Shown here piece by piece: positions 48,450 to 58,801 of a stretch of 64,000 nt of DNA. The notes under the pieces were generated by a model. It saw only the letters and a program-made list of their open reading frames with translations, was not told where the DNA came from and made no database searches. Position 1 is the first letter of the stretch, and every line of letters starts with the position of its first letter. Location: assembly GCA_029564175.1 (NCBI GenBank), contig JAKQQL010000192.1, positions 1 through 64,000 on the forward strand, in the 5' to 3' direction. A program made the translations under genes and the position numbers. The stretch comes from Candidatus Cloacimonadota bacterium (GTDB lineage: Bacteria; Cloacimonadota; Cloacimonadia; Cloacimonadales; WRIO01).

Positions 48450-48611
48450 ATGAAAAATAAAGATTACTCAAAGGTGATTAAAACCCTGATAATCTTAAAT
48501 CTGGTAATGGTAATAATTGTTTTACTGGCATATTGCGCTAAAACGAAAGATTACTCCGGTTACAAAGTTAAGAATATTATTGAGTTTCACAGGGGTATTC
48601 AGAAAAAGTAA
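48450..48611 (+). CDS. Small single-TM hypothetical protein (53 aa), not in the ORF track
   Basis: AGGA before the ATG. Sequence MKNKDYSKVIKTLIILNLVMVIIVLLAYCAKTKDYSGYKVKNIIEFHRGIQKK, followed immediately by a terminator. Confidence 0.5.
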   Translation: MKNKDYSKVIKTLIILNLVMVIIVLLAYCAKTKDYSGYKVKNIIEFHRGIQKK

Positions 48612-48614
48612 AAA

Positions 48615-48663
48615 AAAGCGTTTTTGATGACAGAATGACAATCATGTTATCAAGAACGCTTTT
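48615..48663. terminator. Bidirectional terminator
   Basis: AAAGCGTTTTTGATGACA...TGTTATCAAGAACGCTTT between convergent ORFs. Confidence 0.7.
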
Positions 48664-48671
48664 AACAGTAT

Positions 48672-49010
48672 CTATTGTTTTAGCTCCATCAGATTGTTTT
48701 TTGCACATTCAACCATATTCATAAAACTCTGAATTTTTTCACATGCAAAATCACTACATTCTGCGCAGTGGTTAATCTTGTGATCAATTACACAGGATCT
48801 GATATTGCATTCATTACAATGTGCGAATTTAATTCCTTCTTTCATACATCCGGTACAGTTCACGTTTTCTGGTTGGATATTAGCCTGATACATTTCAGAC
48901 CATTCTTTAGCGACTTTTTCACGTAATTGATTATCATTGTTTTCTGTTGCAATTCTGGCTTCACAAATTTGGCAATCCAGACCACAGGCTCCCTGGTTTA
49001 ATGATTTCAT
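48672..49010 (-). CDS. DUF3795 Cys-rich protein
   Basis: ACGLDCQIC, CTGC, C..CNIRSC and HCAECSDFACE motifs. Confidence 0.85.
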   Translation of the reverse strand: MKSLNQGACGLDCQICEARIATENNDNQLREKVAKEWSEMYQANIQPENVNCTGCMKEGIKFAHCNECNIRSCVIDHKINHCAECSDFACEKIQSFMNMVECAKNNLMELKQ

Positions 49011-49025
49011 GATCTCTTCCTTTTT

Positions 49026-50342
49026 TTAATATTCTTCTGCAATCAGTTCACCATCAACTATTGAATATGAAACCTGTCCGGTTTCCTCATTAATATTGAT
49101 AGATTTTTTTAAAATACGGATATACACGCCTGGAAAAATCTTTTTGAATATCAGTATATGTTTTGGTAAAACATCTTCATTTTTGAGTGTTTTATTGATT
49201 TCGTTTTCCAGTTTTGTTTCAAGATCTTGTAATTTATCTGATAAATCAGAAAATTCAGAGCTGTCAGTCTGATTATACTCTCTCATTTTCATGATTTGTT
49301 TGGTAAGCAGAAGCATTTTTTCTTTGGTAAAAGGGGAAATGGATATTTCAGTTTCAGTGTTCATCATACTTGCATTTCCAATGATAGCTGCTTCAATGTG
49401 CTCACCACTTTGAATAATGCCACCAACAATAGAACTGTTTTCTTCATTACCAAATACTCCTTTTTCAGCCATCAGACGACAGAAATGAGCATTTTTATCA
49501 AATGAGATCTTGCCACCGCAAGCTATTCTTGAATTTTCAGCATTTTGAAAGTGAATGTCTCCTTCGGCTATTATACCAGGTTGTCTGCAATTTAGAATAT
49601 TCCCTATCACATTGATATTACCGGTTGCATTAACGGAGGCATCCTCAATGTCTTGTTCGACAGTTAAATCCCCATCAATAAAGAGTTGGGCTTTTTCACA
49701 GATATTGCCTTTAACAATCAGATTTCCGAACAATTTAAAATTTTCATATCCTAAATCAATATCGTGCTCAATAATAAAATCACTCTTAACATGAATTCTG
49801 TTCAATTCGTCAATCCATGGATATCCTGAACGCGTGGCAATGATTTGACCTCTATCATGGATGTATTCTGTATTTTCGCCTAAATACTGGTTAATAAGAA
49901 AATTCTCAGAACTTTCAGGGTTTACTTCTTCTCCAAAAATATTAATTCCTGTTTTTGCAGGGCGTGTAACAAAAAGATGAGCCAGGGCTTCTCCTTTATG
50001 GATTTTATTAAGATTATCCAAAAGGAAGAACTGATTACCAATTGAGCTGTGATAACATCTGTCCTGGTTAAACAGGGGGGAGAACTCTATTTCAGGTTCT
50101 TTGGTTTTTTGACCGATGGCAATTGGAAAGGGAGTTCCAAATTCTTTTTTTATATCATTTTCTTTAATGAAATCCATCGCTTTGTCGATTCCATAAAGAA
50201 TGCCAGACTCTTCAATCAGTTTTACAATTTCTGTTTCATTAATAAATTCATCATTATCGTGAATGGTCAGATAGGCATTATATGCATCATCTGATATTTC
50301 TAACGTAATATTTTGTGTGGGATTACTAAATGTTTGGCTCAT
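49026..50342 (-). CDS. FapA / DUF342 family protein
   Basis: ISDDAYNAYL, GILYGID, GINIFGE, beta-solenoid region, IVGGII and KIFPGV. Confidence 0.8.
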   Translation of the reverse strand: MSQTFSNPTQNITLEISDDAYNAYLTIHDNDEFINETEIVKLIEESGILYGIDKAMDFIKENDIKKEFGTPFPIAIGQKTKEPEIEFSPLFNQDRCYHSSIGNQFFLLDNLNKIHKGEALAHLFVTRPAKTGINIFGEEVNPESSENFLINQYLGENTEYIHDRGQIIATRSGYPWIDELNRIHVKSDFIIEHDIDLGYENFKLFGNLIVKGNICEKAQLFIDGDLTVEQDIEDASVNATGNINVIGNILNCRQPGIIAEGDIHFQNAENSRIACGGKISFDKNAHFCRLMAEKGVFGNEENSSIVGGIIQSGEHIEAAIIGNASMMNTETEISISPFTKEKMLLLTKQIMKMREYNQTDSSEFSDLSDKLQDLETKLENEINKTLKNEDVLPKHILIFKKIFPGVYIRILKKSININEETGQVSYSIVDGELIAEEY

Positions 50343-51067
50343 TGGATGATTCCTATAACTGATAATTGGCGGTTATTTCCTTTGTCCCTACGGAAAGAAA
50401 AATAGTTTTGGTTTTCATAAGTACATTCAGGTATTAATTGAATTTGATTATTCTTAATTTTTTCTGCCTCAAGCTGAAAAGACAGCATTTCAGGTATGTT
50501 AATTTTATACGAGGACTCGTTGAACTTTTTTTCAATAAACTCCTGACTCAGAATTTCTGAGTTGGATTTATAGAAATGATGATAGGTATTTTTATCGACT
50601 TCATAGTGATTTGCTGATATTCCAGCACCAATAACAATATGTAAGTCATTTGACTGACATTTGAATTCATCAATCATTTTTTGAATTGTTTTTCCAAGTA
50701 TATTGAGTCTTGTTCCTTCGCGTCCAGAATGGACAGCTGCAATTGCTTTTTGTTTTTTATCATAAATCAAAATGGGAAAACAATCGGCAGTACGGACGCA
50801 TAAAAAAAGGTTTTTCGTATTGGTAATCATTGCGTCAGCAAGTGGAATTTCCGGCACATTATCAATAAATCCAGCTCCTGCATGAGCATCATTCACATTA
50901 ACAATGACATCGCCAGCAGTTTGCTCCATTCTGACAAGCCGTTCATAAGGGATGACCAAATGAGACAGTTGAATTGCCTGTCTTTCTTTTAACAAAGTAC
51001 GATAATCGTTTTTTTTATCTCCATGCCAGACAAAAATGTTTTCACAAATATATTCCATAAATCTCAT
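50339..51067 (-). CDS. pgeF: PgeF/YfiH (laccase-domain, purine nucleoside phosphorylase-like) protein
   Basis: ADAMIT, VRTADCFPILI, AAVHSGREG and CTYE..YFSFRRD motifs. Start uncertain (51058, 51067 or 51076). Confidence 0.85.
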   Translation of the reverse strand: MRFMEYICENIFVWHGDKKNDYRTLLKERQAIQLSHLVIPYERLVRMEQTAGDVIVNVNDAHAGAGFIDNVPEIPLADAMITNTKNLFLCVRTADCFPILIYDKKQKAIAAVHSGREGTRLNILGKTIQKMIDEFKCQSNDLHIVIGAGISANHYEVDKNTYHHFYKSNSEILSQEFIEKKFNESSYKINIPEMLSFQLEAEKIKNNQIQLIPECTYENQNYFSFRRDKGNNRQLSVIGIIQ

Positions 51068-51178
51068 TATCCTCATTTCATACTTTGTAAGTAAAAAAAA
51101 TGAAAATTGTAATAAAGTCAATACTTTTCTTAAAAGTTTTTTATATTTGACTGGAAGTGAGACAATTATGACTCATAA

Positions 51179-51203
51179 TAAAAAAGGCTGCCGAAGCAGC
51201 CTT
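51179..51203 (-). terminator. Intrinsic terminator of the glycogen operon
   Basis: Minus strand AAGGCTGC-TTCG-GCAGCCTT-TTTTT, a C(UUCG)G tetraloop. Confidence 0.9.
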
Positions 51204-51209
51204 GAGTTT

Positions 51210-53771
51210 CTATCTCCATTTAATGAGTTTTCGCTCTTTATAGAGTCTAAAATTGTATTTAGGTTTGATTCTGACACTGAGGTTTTGATATCCTGATTTT
51301 TTGAGACGGAAAGAACAAGTATATTTTACTACATTATCAGAGTATTTTTCAACAAAGTCAAGCGGAATAATTTCAAAATTATCCTGATTATCGAGCTGAT
51401 AAAAGAGTTCGACTTCAAAGAGCTGATGTTCTGCCTGATCAAGGTAAACATAAGACTCAATATCTACGATATCTCCACTGGTAATCTTTTCTTCATCTGG
51501 GAATTTTAAGAAGAAATCCTTAATAAAAATTTTATCCCATACTGTAGCTGCTTTAGATTCGATTTCGAGTATATCATTCAAAATCTTGTAATTATCTGAA
51601 GATATTTGCTCATACAGATAAATGCTTGGAATATAGAATTTTTTACCATATTCATCAAGCATACGGTGCATATTGAATCCCATTCCGACAGTGTACATAG
51701 AGCGTTTCATCATCCTGATCCAACGGATAGGGTAATTTGCCTGATCACGTTCATAGTAAAGCGGAGCAATTTCATTTTCAATCAGGTCATAGATCTGCTC
51801 TGCTTCCATTCTCTGAGCAGTCTCATAATCACTGTAATAATCTGCTGCATTGATTGCCCATCCGTTTTTCCCATCATAACATTCAGGCCACCAGCCATCG
51901 AGCACACTACAGTTGAGTACACCGTTAATACCGGCTTTCATTCCGGAGGTACCACTGGCTTCCATTGGTTTGACAGGATTATTCAACCAAACATCCACAC
52001 CCTGAACGATATGACGGGCAACGTTCATGTCATAGTCTTCAATAAAGAGAAATTTGTCTTCTACATTGTTTTGTCTGGCAAATTCGATAATACCTTTAAT
52101 CAGTTTTTTTCCTTCTATATCTGCAGGATGGGCTTTGCCGGCAAATAGAAACTGAACAGGCCTTTCCTTATTGTTTAGAATCCTAAGTAATCTTTCAGGA
52201 TTTTTTAACAGCAGGGTTGCTCTTTTATACTGGGCAAAACGACGGGCAAAGCCTATTGTCAGATAACTGTGATGTAAAATTCGTTTACCTGGATTGCTGG
52301 TACTTTGTGTAAGCCCTTTATCTTGTGAAAAGCGAACGATTCTGTTTCTGATAAAAGAAATCATTTGTTCTTTTCTTTGCAGATGTGCTTCCCATATTTC
52401 ATTGTCTGGTATCATCAGTACATTATTCCAAACATGCTTACGTTCAGATGCATGCAGATATTCAGGTCCTACATAGCGATTATAAAGAATCGTTAATTGT
52501 TTACTGAGCCATGTTTGCAGGTGAACGCCATTGGTAATTGCAGTAATTGGCACTTCACTGTCACAAAGATTAGGGTAAATCTTATGCCACATTTTTCTGG
52601 AAACATGAGAGTGTAATTCAGAAACACCATTAATGTATTTGGAAAATCTGATTGCCATGGCAGGTAGCCAGAAATTATGATCATCACCCTCAATCTCGCC
52701 ATAAGAGATCATTTCCTGATAATTGATGCCTATCGCTTCAATCTTATCTTTCAGATATTTATCAATCAGTTTCTTATCAAAATGTTCATTTCCTTCAACA
52801 ACCGGAGTGTGAGTGGTAAATACTGAACGGGCTTTGATGATGTTTTTTGCCTGATTAAAACTTAACTTTTGCTCGACCATCAGTTTTCTGAGCAGTTCAA
52901 AGATAATAAAGGCAGAATGCCCCTCATTCATATGATAAACAGTTGGCTCAATCTTAAGATACTCCATGATCTTCATCGAACCGTAAGCCAGTAGGATTTC
53001 TTGAAGGATTCGCTTTTCTCTGTCAGCTTCATACAGCAGATGAGTAATGCTTTGGTATTGAGGTGGATTTTGAGGCAGATCGGTATCAAGCAGGTAAAGT
53101 TTGATCTTGCCTACATTGATTATCCAGACTTTGAAGAAGAGCTTTTGGTTATGAATATTGATGTCCAGAATCAAGTCCATATTCTTGTCATCTTTGACAG
53201 TTTTAACAGGTTTTTGACCCCATTCAATCAACTTATAGGCCTCTTCCTGCATTCCTTCAGGGTTTATTCTCTGACTGAAATAACCATATTTATACAGAAT
53301 ACCAAAGGCATACATGGGAATCGCCTGATCTGAAGCTGCTTTAAGGTAATCGCCGGCAAGGATGCCCAGACCGCCTGAATAGATAGGCAATGACTCATGT
53401 AAACCATATTCCATACACAAATAAGCGACTTTTGCCGGATGATCCATTGTCCATTTTTCGCCATTAATTTCAAAATCAGTATTATCAAAATTGAGGTATT
53501 CCTGATAACCCGTATAGACTTTATCCAGTTCATACAGATAGCCGGAGTCAGTTGACAATTCTTCCAGTCTTTCATTAGTGATTTCAGAAAGCAGTTTAAC
53601 CGGATTGTGTTCACATTTTCTGTAAAGCATCGGATCAATATGGCTAAACAAATCATAAGCATCTTTATCCCAGGTTGACCATACATTGTAAGCCAGCTCT
53701 TCCAGTCTGTGCAGACTTTCTGGAATTCTGGGTTTTACATGGATACTGGTAAAACGTGGTTTTTTAATCAT
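51210..53771 (-). CDS. glgP: Alpha-glucan (glycogen/starch) phosphorylase
   Basis: MEYGLHESLPIYSGGLGILAGD, HMNEGH, ARRFAQYKR and the PLP motif EASGTSGMKA. Confidence 0.96.
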   Translation of the reverse strand: MIKKPRFTSIHVKPRIPESLHRLEELAYNVWSTWDKDAYDLFSHIDPMLYRKCEHNPVKLLSEITNERLEELSTDSGYLYELDKVYTGYQEYLNFDNTDFEINGEKWTMDHPAKVAYLCMEYGLHESLPIYSGGLGILAGDYLKAASDQAIPMYAFGILYKYGYFSQRINPEGMQEEAYKLIEWGQKPVKTVKDDKNMDLILDINIHNQKLFFKVWIINVGKIKLYLLDTDLPQNPPQYQSITHLLYEADREKRILQEILLAYGSMKIMEYLKIEPTVYHMNEGHSAFIIFELLRKLMVEQKLSFNQAKNIIKARSVFTTHTPVVEGNEHFDKKLIDKYLKDKIEAIGINYQEMISYGEIEGDDHNFWLPAMAIRFSKYINGVSELHSHVSRKMWHKIYPNLCDSEVPITAITNGVHLQTWLSKQLTILYNRYVGPEYLHASERKHVWNNVLMIPDNEIWEAHLQRKEQMISFIRNRIVRFSQDKGLTQSTSNPGKRILHHSYLTIGFARRFAQYKRATLLLKNPERLLRILNNKERPVQFLFAGKAHPADIEGKKLIKGIIEFARQNNVEDKFLFIEDYDMNVARHIVQGVDVWLNNPVKPMEASGTSGMKAGINGVLNCSVLDGWWPECYDGKNGWAINAADYYSDYETAQRMEAEQIYDLIENEIAPLYYERDQANYPIRWIRMMKRSMYTVGMGFNMHRMLDEYGKKFYIPSIYLYEQISSDNYKILNDILEIESKAATVWDKIFIKDFFLKFPDEEKITSGDIVDIESYVYLDQAEHQLFEVELFYQLDNQDNFEIIPLDFVEKYSDNVVKYTCSFRLKKSGYQNLSVRIKPKYNFRLYKERKLIKWR

Positions 53772-54963
53772 TTAATCTTTCCTCCAGATCAGCTAAGGCA
53801 TTTATAAAATAGATATAAGCCTGTTCAGGGGAGTCGTAAGGTGAGAAGTATTTATGAACGTCTCCATCCTGAAAATACTTGGTACACATATAGTAGAAAT
53901 GGTCAGAAGTGCTTAATTTTCTTGCATCTTCCATCAGATCATAACGTCCCTTTTCCCTGATTTTTTCGACAAGCTCATAGAATGTTTCTATCGCATTTTT
54001 TTGCATATCATTTTCCAGCCATGCAGATAAGTCACGCTCTGCATCTGCCCAGGAGACAGGTTCAGGGAAGGAGAGGGTTTCCTGCTGGTAATTGGATAAT
54101 TCATAAGCCTGGGAAGGCCATGCAAATCCCAGATTCGGATTTTGAAGTACACGTTCCGGTAATTTCTCCATAAACTTGAAGATACCTGTTTCTTCCCATT
54201 GGTGTTCGCCGAATGTTTCATAATCCATAAAGAGATTGAGAAACATATTGCGCCCTTTTTCTTCCTTAAAAGTAAGCTGTTCAACCCAATGAACAAACTT
54301 ATCGACTGTCAGTGGAAATTCAGGCCAGTCTCTGTTGGAAAAACGGAAGGCAATATCATCAGACAACTGATAGTATTTGAGCAGAAGACTGATGTCGCCA
54401 GTATAATTTTTGTAAGCATATAGTGGAGAACGCCAGCCTAAAATACGGTCAACGCCTTCTGTCAAAATCGTCTTAAAGCCTTCAATGTCATAGATGATGT
54501 CAGACAATTTATCCTGATAGATCAATTCTGTATTACGGAAAGTCGTTGTATAATAATTAAATTCTTTTTTCATCAGATTTCTGTGCATTTCGACTTGTTC
54601 CAGAAACTCTTCAGTATCGTACAGTAAGGCCAGTGAGTGATAATAAGTCTCTCCGATAAACTCCACACAGCCGGTTTCTGCCAGTGCTTTAAATGAATCC
54701 AATACATCCGGACGGTATTTTTTAAATTGTTCAATTGCCACACCTGTAACCGAATATGAGATTTTAAACTGACCTTTAAATTGTTTGATCAGTTTCAGCA
54801 TCAGATTATTAGTTGGAATATAGCATTTGTCAGCCACTTTATGAGTAACCAGTTCATTAAGCTTATGATCAAAATAGTCATGGTTTTTACCAATTTCCAA
54901 AGCGCTGTAATGTTTCAGACGGTAAGGTTGGTGCACCTGAAAGTAGAAAACTAAGTTTAACAT
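53764..54963 (-). CDS. GH57 alpha-amylase-like protein
   Basis: FQVHQPYRL, ETYYHSL, FRNTELIY, SDDIAFRFS, MDYETFGEHQW and TSDHFYYM motifs. Confidence 0.93.
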   Translation of the reverse strand: MLNLVFYFQVHQPYRLKHYSALEIGKNHDYFDHKLNELVTHKVADKCYIPTNNLMLKLIKQFKGQFKISYSVTGVAIEQFKKYRPDVLDSFKALAETGCVEFIGETYYHSLALLYDTEEFLEQVEMHRNLMKKEFNYYTTTFRNTELIYQDKLSDIIYDIEGFKTILTEGVDRILGWRSPLYAYKNYTGDISLLLKYYQLSDDIAFRFSNRDWPEFPLTVDKFVHWVEQLTFKEEKGRNMFLNLFMDYETFGEHQWEETGIFKFMEKLPERVLQNPNLGFAWPSQAYELSNYQQETLSFPEPVSWADAERDLSAWLENDMQKNAIETFYELVEKIREKGRYDLMEDARKLSTSDHFYYMCTKYFQDGDVHKYFSPYDSPEQAYIYFINALADLEERLND

Positions 54964-54987
54964 AAAAATTCTCCTTTGAAGGTTGGC

Positions 54988-56304
54988 TTAAAGCATTTCA
55001 TCATAAACGCTTATGATTTTATCTGCAGCTTCACTCCAACTAATAGATTGGACTTCTAATCGACCTTTTTCACCCATTTCCTGACATTCATCAGGATTCT
55101 CAATTAAATAATTAACAATTTCTGACATTTTCTTTGTATCCCAGAAATCCACTTTATATGCATGATTTACCACTTCCGATACACCTGATTGTTTTGATAT
55201 AATGGCGGTTACACCATAAGCCATTGCTTCAAGCGGGGCAATACCAAAAGGTTCTGAAACGGAAGGTAATATATAGATATCGACACTATTTAGTATTGTC
55301 TCGACTTGTTTTCTGTTCAGGAAACCGGCAAAAATAAAGCGGTTTCTGAGTCTGAGAAAGGCAGATCTGTGGAGTAGTTTTCTCGACATATCGCCTGTTC
55401 CTGCCATAATAAATCGTGCATGCGGGTGAACTTTGAGCACTTCATTGGCAATCTCGATAAAGTAATCAGGTCCTTTTTGCAGAGTAATTCTACCTAAAAA
55501 GAGGATGGTTGGCCCTTTAAAAATTCTGTCTTTCTGGTCAGCAATCAAATCTCCTACATCGTATGCATTGTGAATAATACGAATCTTTCCTGAATCTATA
55601 TGATAACGGGATATCACCATATTGGCAGTATATTTTGAAACACAAATCACTCTGTCTGCATAGGACATGCCGTCATATTCCAGATTGTGTATTCTTTCAT
55701 CACCCACTCCGCCTGATCTGTCAAATTCTGTGGCGTGCATGTGGGCAATTAAAGGTTTACCGGTTAATCGTTTAGCCAGCATGCCTGCCGGATAGGTTAG
55801 CCAGTCGTGAGAATGAATCAGATCAAAATCAAGCGTTTTGGCAAATTTTTCAGCACGGACAGTCAGTTCCTGAACTTTTTTAAATATATTTTCCTCACCC
55901 AGTAAATAGATTTTTAAGTCTTGCCAAATCTTTTCCTGAATGGTGGTGTGATGATGTTTTTCAACAACGACTTTTTCGACAACTTTAGTCCATGATTTTA
56001 ATTCAGAACCATTTATGTAAGTCTCTGGTGAAAAGCTAACGCCTAGATACTCCAGTCTTTTGGTTAAGGTTTCGTGAGTAATTCTTTCATATTCTTTGTG
56101 TTTTATAGGATCAAGGAAAACTACAGGCAATGTGTCTGCATCTTCCACTTTTCTGAGTGGAAAATACACCATATCTTTGGTTGGCAATACCAGATCGACT
56201 TCAATACCTGATTGTAGCAATGCTTTTACCATGCCGTAACATGCCATTGCCAGTCCTCCGGCAATTAAAGGTGGAAATTCCCAGGTAAACATCAGAATTT
56301 TCAT
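54988..56304 (-). CDS. GT4 glycosyltransferase, probable glycogen synthase
   Basis: WEFPP..AGGL, HSHDWLT, HATEFDR and SEPFGIAPLEA motifs, in a glycogen gene cluster. Confidence 0.88.
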   Translation of the reverse strand: MKILMFTWEFPPLIAGGLAMACYGMVKALLQSGIEVDLVLPTKDMVYFPLRKVEDADTLPVVFLDPIKHKEYERITHETLTKRLEYLGVSFSPETYINGSELKSWTKVVEKVVVEKHHHTTIQEKIWQDLKIYLLGEENIFKKVQELTVRAEKFAKTLDFDLIHSHDWLTYPAGMLAKRLTGKPLIAHMHATEFDRSGGVGDERIHNLEYDGMSYADRVICVSKYTANMVISRYHIDSGKIRIIHNAYDVGDLIADQKDRIFKGPTILFLGRITLQKGPDYFIEIANEVLKVHPHARFIMAGTGDMSRKLLHRSAFLRLRNRFIFAGFLNRKQVETILNSVDIYILPSVSEPFGIAPLEAMAYGVTAIISKQSGVSEVVNHAYKVDFWDTKKMSEIVNYLIENPDECQEMGEKGRLEVQSISWSEAADKIISVYDEML

Positions 56305-58397
56305 GATTTATCCCCTTCCAGATTAGACAGAATCATTTCAATACAGTAAAGCGCATTGACGCTCCATGCCTGAGCAGGGGTACCCTTTGGGAAATGTGGT
56401 TTATCGCCATCCCAAACTTCTGCGATTGAGGCAATATGACCTTTTTGGTAGCCATTTCTGAATTTCTCAATCAGATAACTGATATGATTCCTCGATTCAT
56501 TGACTGATTTACCAGGATAAGCTCTCAGCCAGGTCTTTACAAACGGTAAAAGCAACCATGCCCAGACTGTTCCCTGATGGTAAGCTTTATCTCTTTGGTT
56601 GAGGTCACCGATATATTTTTTTTTAAATTTGTAGTCTCTTGGAGAGAGAGTTCTCAAACCATAAGGTGTAAACAATTCAATATGCGCACATTCGTAAATT
56701 TGCTGAAGTTTATCTATTGAGAGCGGGGTAAATGGCAAAGATGCTGCAATAATCGCATTTGGTCTGTATTCAGCAATCACCTGGTCACGATAAATACGGT
56801 CAGCTAAAAAATCACCAATCCAGTATTTAGAAAAAGACTCTTTTATCAGATTTTTTTGCTCTATAAATTCATTGTTCAGCAGATAGAATTTACTTTCAGG
56901 TGCAATATTATTATATTTTTCAATCATTAGTTCATAATAACATAATGCATTGTATAATAATGCGTTAATTTCAACTGGCGCACCATCTCTCGGTGTTACT
57001 GGATTACCAGAAATTTTCGCATCCATCCAGGTTGCAGATGCAAATGAATGACCTAACTCCAGCAAACCATCTTCTCGTATAAAGAAATGCTCGTTTTCTT
57101 TAAATAATAACTCATTCAGAGTGTTTTCTGTAATATCAATGATTTCTTTCCAGTTAGCCGTTTTTTGTTTTTGAGTGCCTTTTTGATTCAGTTTTTCAAC
57201 AGTTTCATAAAGTCTGATAATAAACCATAAGCTGGCGTCAATTGTATCATAATTACCACCCTGTCCGCTTTCAGAGCACATATTGGGCAGTAATCCGTTT
57301 TTTCTTTGTTCATTATATTTTTTTAAGACAGACCAGGCATACTCTGCTCCTTTAGGCATTTGAATAATACTCTCCAATGCGATCATTGTATCTCTTCCCC
57401 AGGCACCAAACCATGGGAATCCTGCTACGATGTCATTGTTTGCCATAAAATCAGTCATTGACAGTTCTAGTATTTTCAGATAATCAGGATATTCAAACAT
57501 GATGTTATCATTATAATCCAGAGAATTTAAGATACTGTTTTCTTCTTCATTTTCTTCAGATTTTGATTTAATATCATTTTTTCTTTTTTGAGGAATATCA
57601 TAGGGAAGAGGATATTTTTTATACCGTTTTTCGATTCTAGCGACCAGTTCTTCTGTGTTTTCAATCGGCATGTCAGAGAAAATCAGATAATCAGTTTCAT
57701 TTGTTTTCAGACTAAACTCAATACCTGCAACCGAGATCAGATCTTCTGAACCTGGATAACCTCTCATGGCTTCCCATGGATAATACTGACTTCTATAGAT
57801 GTTATGTTCTGGATAAATCTGTCCGTGTTGAAGCCAGCCATAACACTCAAGCTGATTAGAAAAGCGTTTAACTTTTAAAAAGTGACAATGTTCATCCTGG
57901 CAGATTTCTGTATGAATATCATTTTTATCCCAGTCACCCGCCTGATTGAGATGATGATGATTTCTCAGGGCAAATTTGGGTCTAATTTTGAAGTTGAGTT
58001 GATTGGTACTTAAATTTTTGTATTTAATCAGAATCGTATTACTTGTTTCGTCCATCATGATGCTTTTTCGGATGAGAATATCATCATTATGTGGTAAAGC
58101 AGAAAACAAGAATACCGGATAAGGTCGTAACCAGCTTTTTACCAGATGTAAAAAACCTTCCGGATAAATGCAGTTGTTATAATGATTGCTGTCCAGAAAA
58201 AATGATTCCCCCCGCCATTCAATCATCTCTTCCAGACTGGCAAGCAAATTATAACGTTCGAATTGAGCATTACTTTTTGTCAGTAAAGAATGGTATTTTC
58301 TCAGAGGTACAAGATTGCCTGTTCCAAGTGCATAAGCACCGTTTTGATTGCTTAAAATCCATTCATGACTCTGAGTCTCCAAGAAATAATTTGCCAT
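56301..58397 (-). CDS. Glycogen debranching enzyme (amylo-alpha-1,6-glucosidase)
   Basis: EWILSNQNGAY, AGFPWFGAWGRDT, TWMDAK, AYHQGTVWAWL and AQAWS motifs. Confidence 0.93.
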   Translation of the reverse strand: MANYFLETQSHEWILSNQNGAYALGTGNLVPLRKYHSLLTKSNAQFERYNLLASLEEMIEWRGESFFLDSNHYNNCIYPEGFLHLVKSWLRPYPVFLFSALPHNDDILIRKSIMMDETSNTILIKYKNLSTNQLNFKIRPKFALRNHHHLNQAGDWDKNDIHTEICQDEHCHFLKVKRFSNQLECYGWLQHGQIYPEHNIYRSQYYPWEAMRGYPGSEDLISVAGIEFSLKTNETDYLIFSDMPIENTEELVARIEKRYKKYPLPYDIPQKRKNDIKSKSEENEEENSILNSLDYNDNIMFEYPDYLKILELSMTDFMANNDIVAGFPWFGAWGRDTMIALESIIQMPKGAEYAWSVLKKYNEQRKNGLLPNMCSESGQGGNYDTIDASLWFIIRLYETVEKLNQKGTQKQKTANWKEIIDITENTLNELLFKENEHFFIREDGLLELGHSFASATWMDAKISGNPVTPRDGAPVEINALLYNALCYYELMIEKYNNIAPESKFYLLNNEFIEQKNLIKESFSKYWIGDFLADRIYRDQVIAEYRPNAIIAASLPFTPLSIDKLQQIYECAHIELFTPYGLRTLSPRDYKFKKKYIGDLNQRDKAYHQGTVWAWLLLPFVKTWLRAYPGKSVNESRNHISYLIEKFRNGYQKGHIASIAEVWDGDKPHFPKGTPAQAWSVNALYCIEMILSNLEGDKS

Positions 58398-58751
58398 TAA
58401 CCCCTCCTGGTTTTTTATTCGCAGAATCTGTTGATTAGCGAATCGTTTTTATTTGCTTTTTATACCTTAATATTGTCAAAGACAGTCTTTCTGACTCTCT
58501 TTAGATATATATAGTACGATTCCTTTTAAAAGTCAAGCAAAAATTTGATTAATTTTGTTTTTTAACACAAAACTGACATAAAAATTAAAAAGCAGAATCT
58601 TAATTTTTGTTGAAATGTTTATTCGTTTGTTTTTGAAGTTCTTCAATCGAATCAGTACTGTTCAGACTACCTGTTTAGAATTCAGTTTAAATCAGAATCT
58701 AAGCTACTCATTGACTTCAAATGTTCAATGTGGTAAATTTACGACAGAATC

Positions 58752-58785
58752 AAAAAAGGACACAGTTTCTTATAACTGTGTCCTT
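58752..58785 (-). terminator. Intrinsic terminator of the decarboxylase gene
   Basis: Perfect IR AAGGACACAGTT-N6-AACTGTGTCCTT with a T-run on the minus strand. Confidence 0.9.
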
Positions 58786-58801
58786 AAAAGATTAAGAAAA
58801 G

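Noticed and set aside
51606..54423. Antisense or alternate-frame ORFs within glgP and GH57 (e.g. 51606-52148, 53264-53686)
   Set aside because: Shadow ORFs of well-conserved genes. The same applies to the other short overlapping ORF-track calls in the window.
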